This document shows positions 1-12,510 of a DNA stretch of 64,000 nt, piece after piece. Each line of letters opens with the position of its first letter. Position 1 is the stretch's first letter. A program made the translations under genes and the position numbers. The notes beneath the pieces were generated by a model, which saw nothing but the letters and a program-made list of their open reading frames with translations, did no database searches and was not told where the DNA came from. Origin of the DNA: Eledone cirrhosa (taxonomy: Eukaryota); assembly GCA_964016885.1 (NCBI GenBank), contig OZ024743.1, forward strand, positions 248,682,001 to 248,746,000, in the 5' to 3' direction.

Positions 1-760
1 ACGTCACACACTAGAGATGATTGAGGAAGGAAGGGGTGATGACGTCACACACTAGAGATGATTGAGGAAGGAAGGGGTGATAACGTCACACACTAGAGAT
101 GACTGAGGAAAGAAGGGGTGATAACGTCACACACTAGAGATGATTGAGGAAAGAAGGGGTGATGACGTCACACACTAGAGATGAAGGAAGGGGTGATGAC
201 ATCACACACTAGAGATGAAGGAAAGGGTGATGACGTCACACACTAGAGATGATTGAGGGGGGAAAGGGGAGATGACGTCACACACTAGAGATGACTGAGG
301 AAAGAAGGGGTGATGACATCACACACTAGAGATGATTGAGGAAGGGGTGATGACGTCACACACTAGAGATGATTGAGGAAAGAAGGGGTGATGACGTCAC
401 ACACTAGGGATGAAGGAAAGGGTGATGACGTCACACACTAGAGATGACTGAGGAAAGAAGGGGTGATGACATCACACACTAGAGATGATTGAGGAAGAAA
501 GGGGTGATAACGTCACACACTAGAGATGATTGAGGAAAGAAGGGGTGATGACGTCACACACTAGAGATGATTGAGGAAGGGGTGATGACGTCACACACTA
601 GAGATGAAGGAAAGGGTGATGACGTCACACACTAGAGATGATTGAGGAAGGAAGGGGTGATGATGTCACACACTAGAGATGAAGGAAAGGGTGATGACTG
701 AGGAAGGAACAGGTGATGATGTCAGACTCTAGAGATGACTGAGTAAGGAAGGGGTGATGA
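1..760. repeat. Minisatellite, ~35-41 bp unit (GATGACGTCACACACTAGAGATGATTGAGGAAGGAAGGGGT), ~18 copies, cut by window start
   Basis: Directly visible tandem unit with variable purine-rich segment; decays after ~700. Confidence 0.95.
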
Positions 761-1034
761 CAAACTACAGAAAACAACATCTAACATATATGTCAGTGAG
801 TATGTATTTTTGTAAGTCTGTCTGTGTTTGTGCATTTATAAGATACTCATACACACATCAGCGTGTTGCAAAAAATTCTAGTAAATAAAAAAAGACAAAA
901 TGTTCAGGATCGGAATGCCTCTAATCATAAATCTGCTTGATCATGGCTAACTTTTGGTTAAAAAACATCAATTCTGTATCATATCTAATACCAACAATAT
1001 CATTAATGAATACATTATAAAGTGGTTGTGTTGA

Positions 1035-1278
1035 TGTCATGACAAAAAGCACCCAGTCCACACTGCAAAGTGCTCGTTTTGGTGTCATGATAAAAGGCAC
1101 CCAGTCCACACTGTAAATGTGGTTAGCATTAGGAAGAGCATCCAGCTGTAGAAACCAAGCCAGAAACAGTTCTGTATGAGCAAGACACAATGATCTGATC
1201 TGACTTGTCTCACAATGGAACAACCCATCTAATTCATGCTAGCGTGAAAAATGGACATTAAATGGTGATGATGATGAT
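1035..1278 (+). mobile_element. RTE LINE 3' UTR fragment ending in (GAT)n
   Basis: AGCACCCAGTCCACACTGTAAA...TAGGAAGAGCATCCAGCTGTAGAAA...CATGCTAGC...GATGATGAT; same sequence follows RTE ORFs at 25002-25400, 59107-59413 and 46444-46890. Confidence 0.8.
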
Positions 1279-1749
1279 AAGTACAGGTTACAAATCGTGA
1301 AGCACTTGATACTGGTCAAAAATAATTTCTATTATAAAATATGAAACATAGTAGTGAGTGTAGTACATCAAAGGTACCAGTCCCTGTTGGATTATTTCAC
1401 ATCACTTTAGTTGTTAACACCATTGCAAAATCATGAGTGTCAAATAATTTCATTTGGCTTACTTTCATAAACATTGTGTCTATGTGAAAAATCCATATAA
1501 GATTACCACTAACAAGATCGATTACTAATAGACCTCATTTGATGATGATGATAACAATGATCATCATCACCACCACCACTATCATAGACCAAGTCAGTCC
1601 TCAAGCAGAGGTACTGACCTCTCAGATGTGCTGGGGGCTTACATCTAATGATATACATTCCTGCACTCTACTGAGTGCTCAGACAAGGTAAAATAAAAAG
1701 ATTAAATAGATCACAGTCAGTTTCAATGACAAAACAGACTGACCTACTA

Positions 1750-1980
1750 CTGAAATTAACATGTAAGTGGCTGATTGTTCCAGAGATATGTGTACCAGTA
1801 ATTTAATTCTCAAGGCTGGCCCTTTGAATTACAGGTACAATTCATTTTTGCTAGCTGAGTGGATGAGGGCAACATGAGATAAAGTACCTTATTCAAGGAC
1901 CCAATGCATAGCCGGGAATTAGATTCATGATCTTATGATTGTGAGCCAAACACCCTAACCACTAAGCCATATACCTTCAC
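1750..1980 (-). mobile_element. tRNA-derived SINE
   Basis: Minus strand TGGCTTAGTGGTTAGGGTGTTTGG (A-box-like), then GTCCTTGAATAAGGTACTTTAT; homologous to 10163-10265, 38575-38718, 51250-51480, 53565-53860. Confidence 0.7.
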
Positions 1981-2399
1981 ATCAGAACTATAGGAAATCA
2001 CTGAAAGGAAAGATTGGCATTTAGTTACATATATATCAAAATCACTTGAGTGAGGTCCTGTTACCATCTTCAATACTAAAAGCTTCAGTGTGCATGCTGT
2101 TTACAGTGGTGAATTTCACCTATTTATACTAGGTGGCCTCAAAGTCAGTGCCTGAGTATTTAGTATTCTAGGCTAACTCTACAATGTGCACTCTTTTCTC
2201 CCAGTTATGTGCTCCATTCTCCCAAATAAAATAATTTTAACTTACAGTTTGGTAAACTGATGGATCTAGTTTTTGACATGGTTTGCTCCTACCACACTAA
2301 GAAAATTACTATGACTGCATTTTCCGCTATGCAGTCCAGATTCACCCCTGCCAAATAATGTAACAGGTCATAACACCATACAACACTTTCCACTGCTTT

Positions 2400-2810
2400 G
2401 GATATTTCCACAATGTTGCTATATTGCAAAGATGTTAAGTGATTTATTTATTGATTATGAGAAAATATTATATATTTAAGTTAATTATACAAATTTGTAT
2501 AAAACCATGAATCTTTATGGTTCAGTAATGCACCTCTTTGAGGTCTGTTCCCTAGGTGTCTGCCTAGCTGGCCTAAATGTTGGTACTGGCCTTACACATA
2601 TATATTTATATCAATCCTATATATCTATGGATATTTCCACAATGCTACAATGTGGCAAAAACGTTCAGCAGTTTATTTATTGATTACAGGACATTCTTGT
2701 ACATTTAAGTTAATTATACAAATTTCTTTAAGGTTCAATAATGTGCCTCTCTGAGGCCTACATCCTAAGTAACTGCTTAGTTGTCTATGATGGTAGCATT
2801 AGCCCAGAAT
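2400..2810. repeat. Diverged tandem duplication, period ~229 bp
   Basis: GGATATTTCCACAATG at 2400 and 2629; TTTATTTATTGATTA and ATTTAAGTTAATTATACAAATTT shared. Confidence 0.85.
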
Positions 2811-3339
2811 AAACTGTGGCAATGAGAATTTTTATTATGGAGACCATTAAAATTTCAAGTGATTGTCTGATTCTTTATTGATGTAACTATTTGAGAATCT
2901 CATATAAATGTGTGAGTGGAAGTATTGTGGTTTCAGACTTATAGTACATAAGACAGCTTGCAACGTTATCGGTTATTAAAAGTGTTATAAATAAACATAT
3001 TGTATCATATAGTTTTATTCCTGACAGAATACTATTACAGACAAAATAGAAACAGTATGTTGCTCAATCAATACAAATATCTAACTCGGGAACTTTAATA
3101 TTTATTCGAGTAGAGAACACAATTATCAAGAGTCTGTCATGTAACTAACTTTGAAGAGTGGAAGTAAATAAAGAAAATTACTTATACACCACATATGTAT
3201 TTGTTATATCCTAAGAAGACTTCAGATGCATTAGCAATAGCACTAGCATGGCATGATTTAGAATAAAAGTGTATATGAACACATATGCAATACGTTTACA
3301 TATAATAAAGATACATCTAGTCTTACTGTGAGCATTTAA

Positions 3340-3845
3340 GCTACACAATTTTATAAGATAGTGTCTTCCATAGCTTAAGACCCAGGTGTACATGAGCACA
3401 CACTGACAATATGTAAAGACACTTAATTGCATCTATTGCTCCTACACTGGCTACTAAAGTACTTGCAATATTTTCACAGCTTAAATACTCACAGTGCAAC
3501 TAGAGGTCTGTTTATTATGATAAGATATTGTGTAAGAGTTACACCTTTATTCTGAATCATGCTGTGTTAGTGCTACCTCTACTTAAAACTAGCTGGTCAA
3601 GCTTGCATTATATATAAATAAGTTTTCACAATTAATGAATTATTTGCGAAATTCTATAAAAAGATATTGTCTTCTATACTTCAGCACCCAGAAGGAAGTG
3701 AGCATGTGTTGACAATATGTAAAGACACTGAAATACATCTGCTGAAGTATCTGTGATACTTAAATATTTTCAGTGAGACCATAAATGTTTATTATAGGTA
3801 AATATATTGTATATAGGCAAAATATACACCTTTATTTGGATTCTG
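3340..3845. repeat. Diverged tandem duplication, period ~300 bp
   Basis: TGACAATATGTAAAGACACT at ~3404 and ~3710; TGTTTATTAT and TACACCTTTATT also shared. Confidence 0.75.
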
Positions 3846-4727
3846 TCTGTACCATTAGGTACAACATATCTCTGCATGTTGTAAGAGGTGACTAAAAATG
3901 TTGGCATCAGGAAGGGTATCCAGCTTCAAAAAGGACCTCATAATGAGTATCATCAAACTTGTCAGGTTAAAACCTGCTTTAACAAGTAAAATGGCTTTAA
4001 AATGCTTGTTGTATACGAATTTATTATAATGGCAAAAAAAGGAGAAAGCTGCAATGGCTATACTTTGCACAAGAACCTTGCCAACATAAAGATGTGAAAT
4101 CTCACCAACCATGAATTAAAAGTCAGATCACAGAGCCAGCTTGCTGAATGTTTGTATTGTGACATATGAATAGAAACTGTTCAGGAAGTGTCATCTTATC
4201 TAATATGATGATTGTTATAGTACTTATTGTGAAATAACTGATTTCCTTTATCCCTTTTACCATTACTACAATGGTCTCTGCTCATAGCTTGCTAGTCCCA
4301 TGTCACTTCCACTCAAGCACTCATGACTCTCTCATCTTTTTATTTTTCTTATCACCCATATTTTATCTACCCCCAGACTTGCACTAATCACTATGCCTAG
4401 GCATTCCTACTTAGATCATCTGTCCTTGGGAACTCCTTCCTTGTTTGTGTCTTTCCAACAGGAATGAACCTGTGACAGTTGAAACAGCATACCAACAGCA
4501 TCAATTTCTTCAGTCTCAGGGGAAGACCTGTGTAGATCATAGGCACTGGCTCCTTTCCCTAAACCTACCAAGGAAAGAACAGGTTGAATGTGGTTATAGG
4601 TACATGTTTAACTAATGTGAAAATCAAATTTATCCCTCACAGTTGAGAAGGAATATTTTTTCTACTGGTTAGTCAGGGAGGAAGGGTCAATGTGACTGGT
4701 GGGATGGAGAAAGAAAAGTATCCTTAA

Positions 4728-4946
4728 CCCTTTAGCATTTACATTACTCAATATATACCATTGTATTTTCATGGTAAAGGCTTTATCCCACATAATTATT
4801 TCACATAAAATCGAATCTATGAAATTGATATTATTTATTTTGAGAACAATACCTTAACATCAGTATGAAGAGCCAGTTATGGCCAGTTTGAACTGAAAGA
4901 GGTGAGAGAATTCTTGCCAGATAAAGCCGGTTCAAATGCTAAAGGG
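4728..4946. mobile_element. piggyBac-type MITE
   Basis: 13-bp TIR CCCTTTAGCATTT/AAATGCTAAAGGG, TTAA on both flanks (4724-4727, 4947-4950). Confidence 0.85.
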
Positions 4947-5703
4947 TTAAACAGAGGCTTGACCTGAATGCTTGCAACATAGAAAACTCCTTTACAAAGC
5001 AGCCAAGAGCCAAGTAGTGGTATTAAATCAGATGACAGATTAAGTCTATTATTCAAGTAATCCACAGCAAAATTTGAACTCAGAACACAATCAGTTGGGA
5101 CAAATACTGGAACTCAAACAATTTTGCCAAACCACTGCTTTGGTCTGATACTTTATTTTATCAACCCAGAAAAGATGAAAGGTAAAGTTGAGTTCTGAAT
5201 GCAGAGTTGAAACAAACACTGCAGGGTATTTTGTCCTGTACCCAAAAGTCAATGACAATTTGCTAACTTGTATATGTTTAACAGATAATTATATCAGTCT
5301 GAGAGAGAGGCCATATTGAAACCAATTTTTAAAAAAAACGACCAAGATTGGAAGTTCAATATATGATTAAAGGTCAACCAAATATAAACGAAACATTTGA
5401 GTACATGGAAGCTAGGAAACAATTCAACAGAAACCTCTAGCTGTTTTACAGCTTCCCTTGTTTCTTATTTTCTTTTTCTTTTTCGTTTTCTTATGCATAA
5501 TCTGGCTCTCACTGGCCTTCAATATTGGAATTTTTTTGGTTTTTCAATTTTTCAATTTTTTTTTTTTTACTCTTTTTGATTACCAACTATAAGTACTCAA
5601 TACTTCTAATCTGCTGGGGCTTACTAGCTCTATACGGACGTTTAAATTGATTAAATAAATAAATATCTCCAGATTGTGCATTCCTAATAAATAATTACCG
5701 TAT

Positions 5704-5778
5704 TTTAGGCGGGGTGGTCGTCAGTCATCCTGTCTAATTGGATATTGTTTACTGGCACATAGTCAAAGAAGGAATAAG
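5704..5778 (-). repeat. Terminal ~75 bp of the 3' LTR
   Basis: TTTAGGCGGGGTGGTCGTCAGTCATCC..TCTAATTGGATAT..ACTGGCACATAGTC matches 8376-8450. Confidence 0.9.
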
Positions 5779-5779
5779 G

Positions 5780-7325
5780 AATGCTGTGGGCGCAGTTTTG
5801 CAGCAAAGTAGAAATGATCAACAGCAACCGTTGGAATTTTTCTCCAGGAAGCTGAAACATGCCGAAACCCGCTACAGCACCTTTGGACGGGAGTTGCTAG
5901 CAATATATTTATCAGTGAAACATTTTTCGCACATGCTTGAGGGAAGAACATTTACTATCTTCACGGACCACAAGCCGTTGACATTCGCCATGCAAGCAAA
6001 GGCAGACAAATACTCGCCTAGAGAAACTAGATATCTTGACCTCATCTCTCAGTTTACAAATGATATTCAACATATTCCGGGTTCTATGAATACAGCAGCC
6101 GACGCCCTGTCTCGTTTACTGATTACTTCGATCTCGTCGTCCGATGACATAGATTTGAATCACTTGGCAGCCGATCAGCCTACCCTCGAATCGTTGCATG
6201 TTACATCACCTGAATTTGTGAATTGCAGGATGAAATACTTACCTTTATCGATCGCAGACGGACAGATCCTCTGTGACGTCTCTTTGGATGCGCCACGCCA
6301 TTTTGTTCCGTTGAACCATCGTCGAACTGTGTTTCTTGTTTTGCACGGCATTTCACATCCTGGAACTTCTGCCACAGTAAAACTCATAACGGCTAGATTC
6401 TTCTGGCCAAATATGAGACGTGAAATTACTGTCTGGTGCCATTCCTGTGTTGCTTGCCAGAAATCGAAAGTTCATAGACATATTAAGACTCCTCTTGGTA
6501 CTTTTAGTAACTCGGACGCCCAGTTTCGCCACATTCATGTGGACATCGTGGGACCTTGGCCCATCAGCGGTGGTTACAATTACTTATTGACGGTAATCGA
6601 TCGTTTTTCGCGATGGCCTGAAGCCATCCCCTTGAGGGATATCACTGCTGAGACCACAGTGCGTGCCCTTGTGTCTGGATGGATCGCTCGATATGGAGTG
6701 CCAACGTCAATTACCACGGACCGTGGAAGGCAGTTTGAATCGAACCTCTTCCATGAATTGACGAAGATCATCGGTGCTAAACGCATCCGAACTACTGCAT
6801 ATCATCCTGCCTCTAATGGAATGGTGGAGCGGTTCCACCGACAACTGAAAGCCGCTCTACGGACTTCTCCTGACTCTACGCGCTGGAGCGAGTACCTCCC
6901 TATTGTGTTGTTGGGGATTCGGTCAACAATAAAGGAGGACCTTGGGTTCTCCCCGGCCGAATTGTTATATGGTGCTCCTCTAGCGTTACCTGGGCAAATG
7001 CTTGCCCCTGCCGATCTTGTTGAACAAGATCCACTTTCCTACGTATCCCGTCTGCGTTCTTATCTTCAGGACCTGCCGCCGATGGATACGAGGAAGCAAA
7101 CTACAATTTGTAGTCCCGAGGGATATTGCCTCGTGGACCCATGTGTTTGTGAGAAACGATGCCGTGAAACCACCTCTCACACAACCATACTCTGGACCCT
7201 ACCGTGTATTAGCTCGTTACAAGAAACATTTCACTGTAGACATTAAGGGTTCCAGAGAGACGGTTTCAATTGATAGACTCAAACGAGCACATTTGGATAC
7301 AGATGCTATCGCACCTGAGCCACAA
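5780..7325 (+). pseudogene. pol: Gypsy pol fragment: RNase H + integrase with GPY/F module, frameshift near 7100
   Basis: [27 protein letters not shown] (RNase H); H-x3-HPG..Cxx[23 protein letters not shown] (integrase); PYSGPY in shifted frame. Confidence 0.93.
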
Positions 7326-7965
7326 ACGCCCCCGTCCTTTTCTTTCCTAGGCCGCCGGGAATACCGCCTATTCTACCTGCATAATCGAGCGACTTCCTGC
7401 GTCAAAGCGTCAATAGCCTTCAACATGGCATCCTCGCGTGTCGAGACGGGCTGGTTCAAATGAGAGGAAGCGATACGCGAGTCCGAGGCGGTAGCCTTTC
7501 TAGAAAATTCCACGATTCGATCCGCGGAGGCAGCAATTTGCTCCAAAGAGCTGGTGTCCACAAAATAATTTGGACGTTGTTTGGCAGGCGAGAGAAAAAT
7601 AATTTTTTAATAAAGGAATTATCCTGTTCGGGCGATTCACTGAGGTCCCTAATGTGGCGCAAAATTTCGGACGCCGACCTATCGCCTAGACACTTGTCCG
7701 CCAACAATGAACGAAATCTGCTTTCAGCAGAACGACTGTTCCTTCGAAGAATTTCTTCCCGCAACGAATCATAGGAAATACCGGCCGACGGGTTCGTAAT
7801 CAAATCTTTCACTGTTATAGCGGGTGAAGAAGGAATACCACTTATTAAAAAGTTGAGCTTTTTCTCGGTTTTCACTTCGTTGGCAGCGAAATAAGCGTCG
7901 AGCTGCGCAAACCAGAGCTTAGTATCACCTGAGAACGCAGGCAAACCAGGACCACTCATCGTCAA
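7325..7965 (-). pseudogene. gag: Gypsy gag, frameshifted
   Basis: LPAFSGDTKLWFAQLDAYF..Y..L...IL.R..LGDR..SEILRHI..LFFSRLP..VQ then LEQIAASADRIVE, typical of Mag-like Gypsy gag. Confidence 0.85.
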
Positions 7966-8362
7966 TCTATTACCATATGGACGAATAAAAGTAAGTAATG
8001 TTCAAAACGACGGGAAAATAGCACAATTTTCCCCCAACATCCATTAAGTTGCCGCAAGCAAAAGAAATTCAGTCACAGTACAAGAAATAGCAGCGAAGGT
8101 CCAAAAGGTGGAATCTGTGGAACAAGATAGCCATTATCAAACAAGATGGCGTCGCATATCTTTTCCAAGACAAGAATATGGTCGCATGACGAGGCTAAGC
8201 CAATCAGATGGCTGCATTTGAAGAAGAAAGACAATGTGCGGGAATGTTAGCTGGTCAGTCAGCCATTTTGAAAAAAACATTTTTTTTTTAGTATAAGACG
8301 AACAATTTTCAATTTAAAACGAATGGCGAAATGAAGTAGGCTTCATTTTCATATTTAATCGT

Positions 8363-8374
8363 CGAGCGTCACCA
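8363..8374 (-). promoter_or_regulatory. Primer-binding site, tRNA-Trp-like
   Basis: Minus strand TGGTGACGCTCG 1 nt after LTR end; TGGTGAC complements the 3' end of tRNA-Trp. Confidence 0.6.
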
Positions 8375-8375
8375 C

Positions 8376-8721
8376 TTTAGGCGGGGTGGTCGTCAGTCAT
8401 CCAGTCTAATTGGATATGCTATACTGGCACATAGTCGAATAAGGAACATACCTCAATTTTATGTTATAAAAACATTTTTTAATAGGAGCAATTACAGAAT
8501 ATATTCAAATACTTTAGTGCTCCTAGGTTGGGATACATTTAATTCGTCGTATACTGCCGCATGGTGTGATGTCATCCTTTGGATCACTACATAGAGATAG
8601 CACGTCTATTGTCTCCGAGTTCGCATTGTCCAAGTGTTATTGTCTCAGCTACTGATGTCAGAACTAAGGGCAGTTAATCGACTGCCTTCACAGTCGACGC
8701 TAGATGGCGTGATCTTCTACA
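8376..8721 (-). repeat. 5' LTR (346 bp), TGTAG...CTAAA
   Basis: Bounded by TSD and PBS; end duplicated at 5704. Confidence 0.85.
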
Positions 8722-9134
8722 GTATATATTCGAATATATGTCGACCCTCTATTCTACGTCTGAGAAAACAGGCAACAATTCAAACTTCGTTTATAAGACG
8801 AGCCAGATAATTAACCCATTATATTTAGATGGAGCGGTTTTAAAATTCTCATGAGTGGAGAATTTATTAATGAAGTTTTGATATTTTGATATTTAAAATG
8901 TTTTCAGTCTTGTTTAGAGTATAGTTTTTGTTTCTCAACTCCATTACATAATGATTTTTTACCAATTTCCGAAGGTCATATCAAACATATCAAAAACAAT
9001 AGGAAATACGAAATTGAAACCGGTGTAATAATTACCCCAAAATGAAACCGATGTAATAAATATTCACCATTAAAGCGAAAATATTTTAACACCTCATTTA
9101 CGTTGAATTTTGAAGTGAAAATCAGCAAAATAAT

Positions 9135-9310
9135 TGTTTCTACTTTAGGCACAAGGCCAGCAATTAACCAGTGCATTACTGGTACTTTATTTTATCGACC
9201 CCGTAAGGATGAAAGGCAAAGTCAACCTCGGCGGGATTTGAACTCAGATCGTAACTATGCTGAAAAGCATGACGTCCAACGCTCTACCGATACTGCCAAT
9301 CCACCACCAT
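9135..9310 (-). mobile_element. tRNA-derived SINE (Meta-domain-like core) with 13-bp TSD
   Basis: Minus strand TGGCAGTATCGGTAGAGCG..GAGTTCAAATCCC..GCCTTTCATCCTTACGGGGTCGATAAA; TSD TCAGCAAAATAAT at 9122-9134 and 9311-9323. Confidence 0.9.
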
Positions 9311-9809
9311 TCAGCAAAATAATGTCCTTGAATATCAGTCGACTCCCATTTTACTATCGATTTTTTTTGTCAAGTTTCTTGACTTATACACGAATATACG
9401 GTAATTACATATCCAACTGATAATTACATATTTGTTTGGAATAGAATGGACATCTGTTGGTCTCAATGACGAGTGTTCTAGTTATTCAATCGTCAGACCA
9501 GCCTATTCGTGAAATAACTCAGCAAATACGCTTAACATAACTTTGAAAGTGTTCAGCAGGATACCGTGTGAGACACGGCTGACCCTGAGAAAAAAAAATG
9601 TGGGTGCGTGCGTTTCTTTATTTAATTTATACGCTTGTGTATATTTTATGTCATTGTGTATGTACTTTTAGAATCTGACATTATACAAAACTAGGTCATA
9701 TCCTTTCTTAACTCTTTCATTATTATGTTTCTAATGAAAGTCACTGTCACTAATTCGAAGGATTTACTAATAAAACTAAATTTCTAATTAAGATGGTGTT
9801 TAGAGGTAA

Positions 9810-10080
9810 CTGGCGAATCTCGCGAGGGTGCTTGGTTGTTCCAGCGCATTAGCCTCGCCATCACCCGAGGCAATGCTGCGAGTATGCTGGCTTGCCTCAA
9901 AAATAATTAGAGAGGTTTCCCAGTACTCCTCGCGATGCTGCAGTCTTTTGCTCTGGTGTTGGTTTGGTTTTTCACTCCTTCCTTTACATTTTCTTTAATA
10001 TTGCAACATTAAAGGTATATATCCTTCTGAAAGAATCGCGAGAAATTTATAATGTTATCTAATCATTTGTAATGTTATTT
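9810..10080 (+). mobile_element. CRE-clade non-LTR retrotransposon 3' stub
   Basis: Translates GESREGAWLFQRISLAITRGNAASMLACL, homologous to the C-terminus of 10775-12510; 3' boundary approximate. Confidence 0.75.
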
Positions 10081-10162
10081 ATACTGTAAGGTACTTACTC
10101 ATGTAGATGCTTTGTTTTCGTAAAGATGTTGAAGACTTGTCACCAGCTATTAGAATATGCTG

Positions 10163-10265
10163 TGGAGGCACGTGGCTTAGTGGTTAGAATGTTCAGCGCT
10201 CGATCGTAAAGTCATGAGTTTGATTCCTGGTGGCACCGTGTGTCCTTCAGTTAAACACTTTATTA
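10163..10265 (+). mobile_element. tRNA-derived SINE 5' head
   Basis: TGGCTTAGTGGTTAG (A box) and GAGTTTGATTCC (B-box-like), then GTGTCCTT..ACACTTTATT. Confidence 0.7.
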
Positions 10266-10774
10266 CCAATTTATAAGGTTTCCCCTTCAAAAACTTTTTT
10301 TTTCGTCCTGCCTTCTTTTCGTTCGTTGTCTTCTCTTTGTTAATTTTTCTAATTTTATTATTATTAATCTGTGACAAACGTGTTCTTTCTTCTTCCTCCA
10401 ATAATTTCAATGTATTTCATTTTTAACGATATTTTACTTTTTTCATCTTGTCTTTTTTCTTCTTTCTTTTTCTTTTTTCACCTCTTTTTTTTCAGTCTCA
10501 CGAGACTATCGTTGCTATGAAAAACATAATATCATCTAGCCGTCACATAAAATTCTATTTGTACCTGTTATAGTTTAATTGCTATAAGTTATTGTTTTGT
10601 TTTGTCCTTTACTCCACGGATATCGCTTTGGCTTGTGCCAGACGTTGTGACCTTGGATGGACCAGCAGTACCGTCGGTAGGGCTCAAAACTGTGAAAGCC
10701 CGTGGAGTTCTGTCTTTCATTTTTAATGTATTGTTGGCGTAAATTTATGATTTGATGTAATACATTTTATGTTC

Positions 10775-12510
10775 TATTTTTTAATGTTTTTTATTTATTT
10801 TTTTATTTTGATGGAAGATAATATTAGAGAAAAGCAACGACGAATGACATGATGCTGAATGAAAACAAAAGCAATATATACAAACACACACACATCGACC
10901 ACAACTAAATATGGAATGATACGCGATGCCCCCCCCCCCCCCGGCGGTCAGAATGGAGAAGGCGTTTCCCCGGAGGACAGCACGGGAGACGCGCTGGAAA
11001 AGCCACTCCAACTCGCGAGGTCACACCTGCGGCTGGCCAGCTATGGTGGTAAGTAGGGAGGTAGCCCTAGGGCCAAGGACACCAGAAGTCTCCACTGTCA
11101 GGGGTACAACCGACGTGCAGCAGAACCCGGGTTAATCGCAGACTGCACCAGGTTGCGGCTGCAGAAAGTGTCGGTGCAAGTAGCATCCCAGACGAGGGGT
11201 TTGCCACCGCGGAACGGGAAGATGGTCATGCCACCTGGCCTTTTGCCGTCCCCTCGGTCCAGCCCCACCGGCTCGAGCTGGGAAGGGAAGCTCGCTGCGT
11301 CCAGGCCATGCTTTATGACTTTGTTGAGAGCAGCATGGCGTGGAAGGCGGCCGGCACTGTGGCGACAGGAAAGCGCGTGGAGGCCGAAAGGGTCCACGGT
11401 GGTTCCGCAGCGACATTGGTGTGGATCGCAGATCCGGAAGCCGAGCCTCAAGGAAACGCCAATGCGCAGGCTATTATAGTCTAGCTGCGTGCCAGTGGAG
11501 AAGGAGGGCAGAGCATGGAGCCAGGCACCACTGTGGGGTTTGGATGCCGCACGAAAACAGGCAAGGCGGTGCTGGTCGAGCTGGTGCGTGAGCCTGTCTG
11601 AGGCCAGGCTGAACTGGATGACATCCCAAGTGCTTTTTTTTGGGGGGGGTCTTGCCGTCAACGGGGGGGGGGGGGGGGACGTCTACTGGGCTGGGTCCCA
11701 GCCGGTCCCACGTCTCACAGGCGGCCTCACGTTCTCTGAACACAGAGGGTTCTATTGTGTTTAGAAGAACCCTGCTGACGAGGGCGCGGCACGAGGTTAC
11801 CGACGAAAGATACGCCAGCAAAGCCAGTGAGATCGGGGACCGGAAGCCAAAGCCGCCATACCTGACAAGGTAACGTGGCCTATTGTCATCCAATGTCGTC
11901 AAACTTGACATTGCATATCTCCTCGGCTGCTTTTCGGATACAAATATCGAGGTCAGCGAGCAGAGGTGTGTGAGTGTAGCAGGGAGCGCTGCGAAGAGTA
12001 TAGATGGCGAAGCAGTTCTTCAACAGAAAGAGGGCTGGGTGGCCGTCGATCAAGTCCAGTCGGCTCGTGAGAGTCTTGAGTTGTTGAAGCCTGGACCTGA
12101 TGGTGGAGCGGATGGCTGGCGGGTGGATCGGTGACCCGAGGGTGAGGACATCCTCTTTGGGGGTCACCTGTACCTGGTGGAGAATGGACCACACGTCCGA
12201 GACGGAGGCTGCAAAGCTCTCAGCATCGTGGCTGACATTCACCACCTCCGACTTGACTGAATTGACCTGGAGGCCGATTCCTGCCAGGGCAGGAACCACC
12301 GATTGTAGGTCATGGCAGACAGTCTGTACGGGCCCGCCCAACGTAGTATCATCCAGATACCAAACATTGTGAGGGGCCGTGATACTCCGGGCGATGTGGT
12401 CTATACCAAGGGCAAACAGGAGGGGTCCCAAAGGGTCGCCCTATTGGACCCCAGTGGCCGAAGGTATGATCGTATCAGCAGCAAGGAGCATGCTCGGGGC
12501 TCCATACGAC
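10775..12510 (-). mobile_element. CRE-clade non-LTR retrotransposon (RT + Zn finger + REL endonuclease), 5'-truncated and frameshifted
   Basis: GVQ*GDPLGPLLF, WYLDD, GGFG, SGAWL, CRCG..HALSC, RH, GKRP, WDATCTDT, WLFQRVSRAVLRGNA; A-rich tail. Confidence 0.9.

Larger units (their letters stand above)
5704..8721 (-). mobile_element. Ty3/Gypsy LTR retrotransposon, internally rearranged
   Basis: 5' LTR 8721-8376, PBS-like TGGTGACG, gag, inverted RNaseH-integrase, 3' LTR terminal remnant 5778-5704; 4-bp TSD GTAT at 5700-5703 and 8722-8725. Confidence 0.9.

Noticed and set aside
1-760. CRISPR-like repeat-spacer appearance
   Set aside because: Variable parts are length variants of one purine tract, not unique spacers; eukaryotic context and no cas genes
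5738-5779. N-terminus of the 502-aa ORF
   Set aside because: Read-through from the antisense LTR remnant across the inversion junction, not a real start
10163-10240. tRNA gene
   Set aside because: A/B boxes present but no proper cloverleaf, and it continues into SINE body sequence
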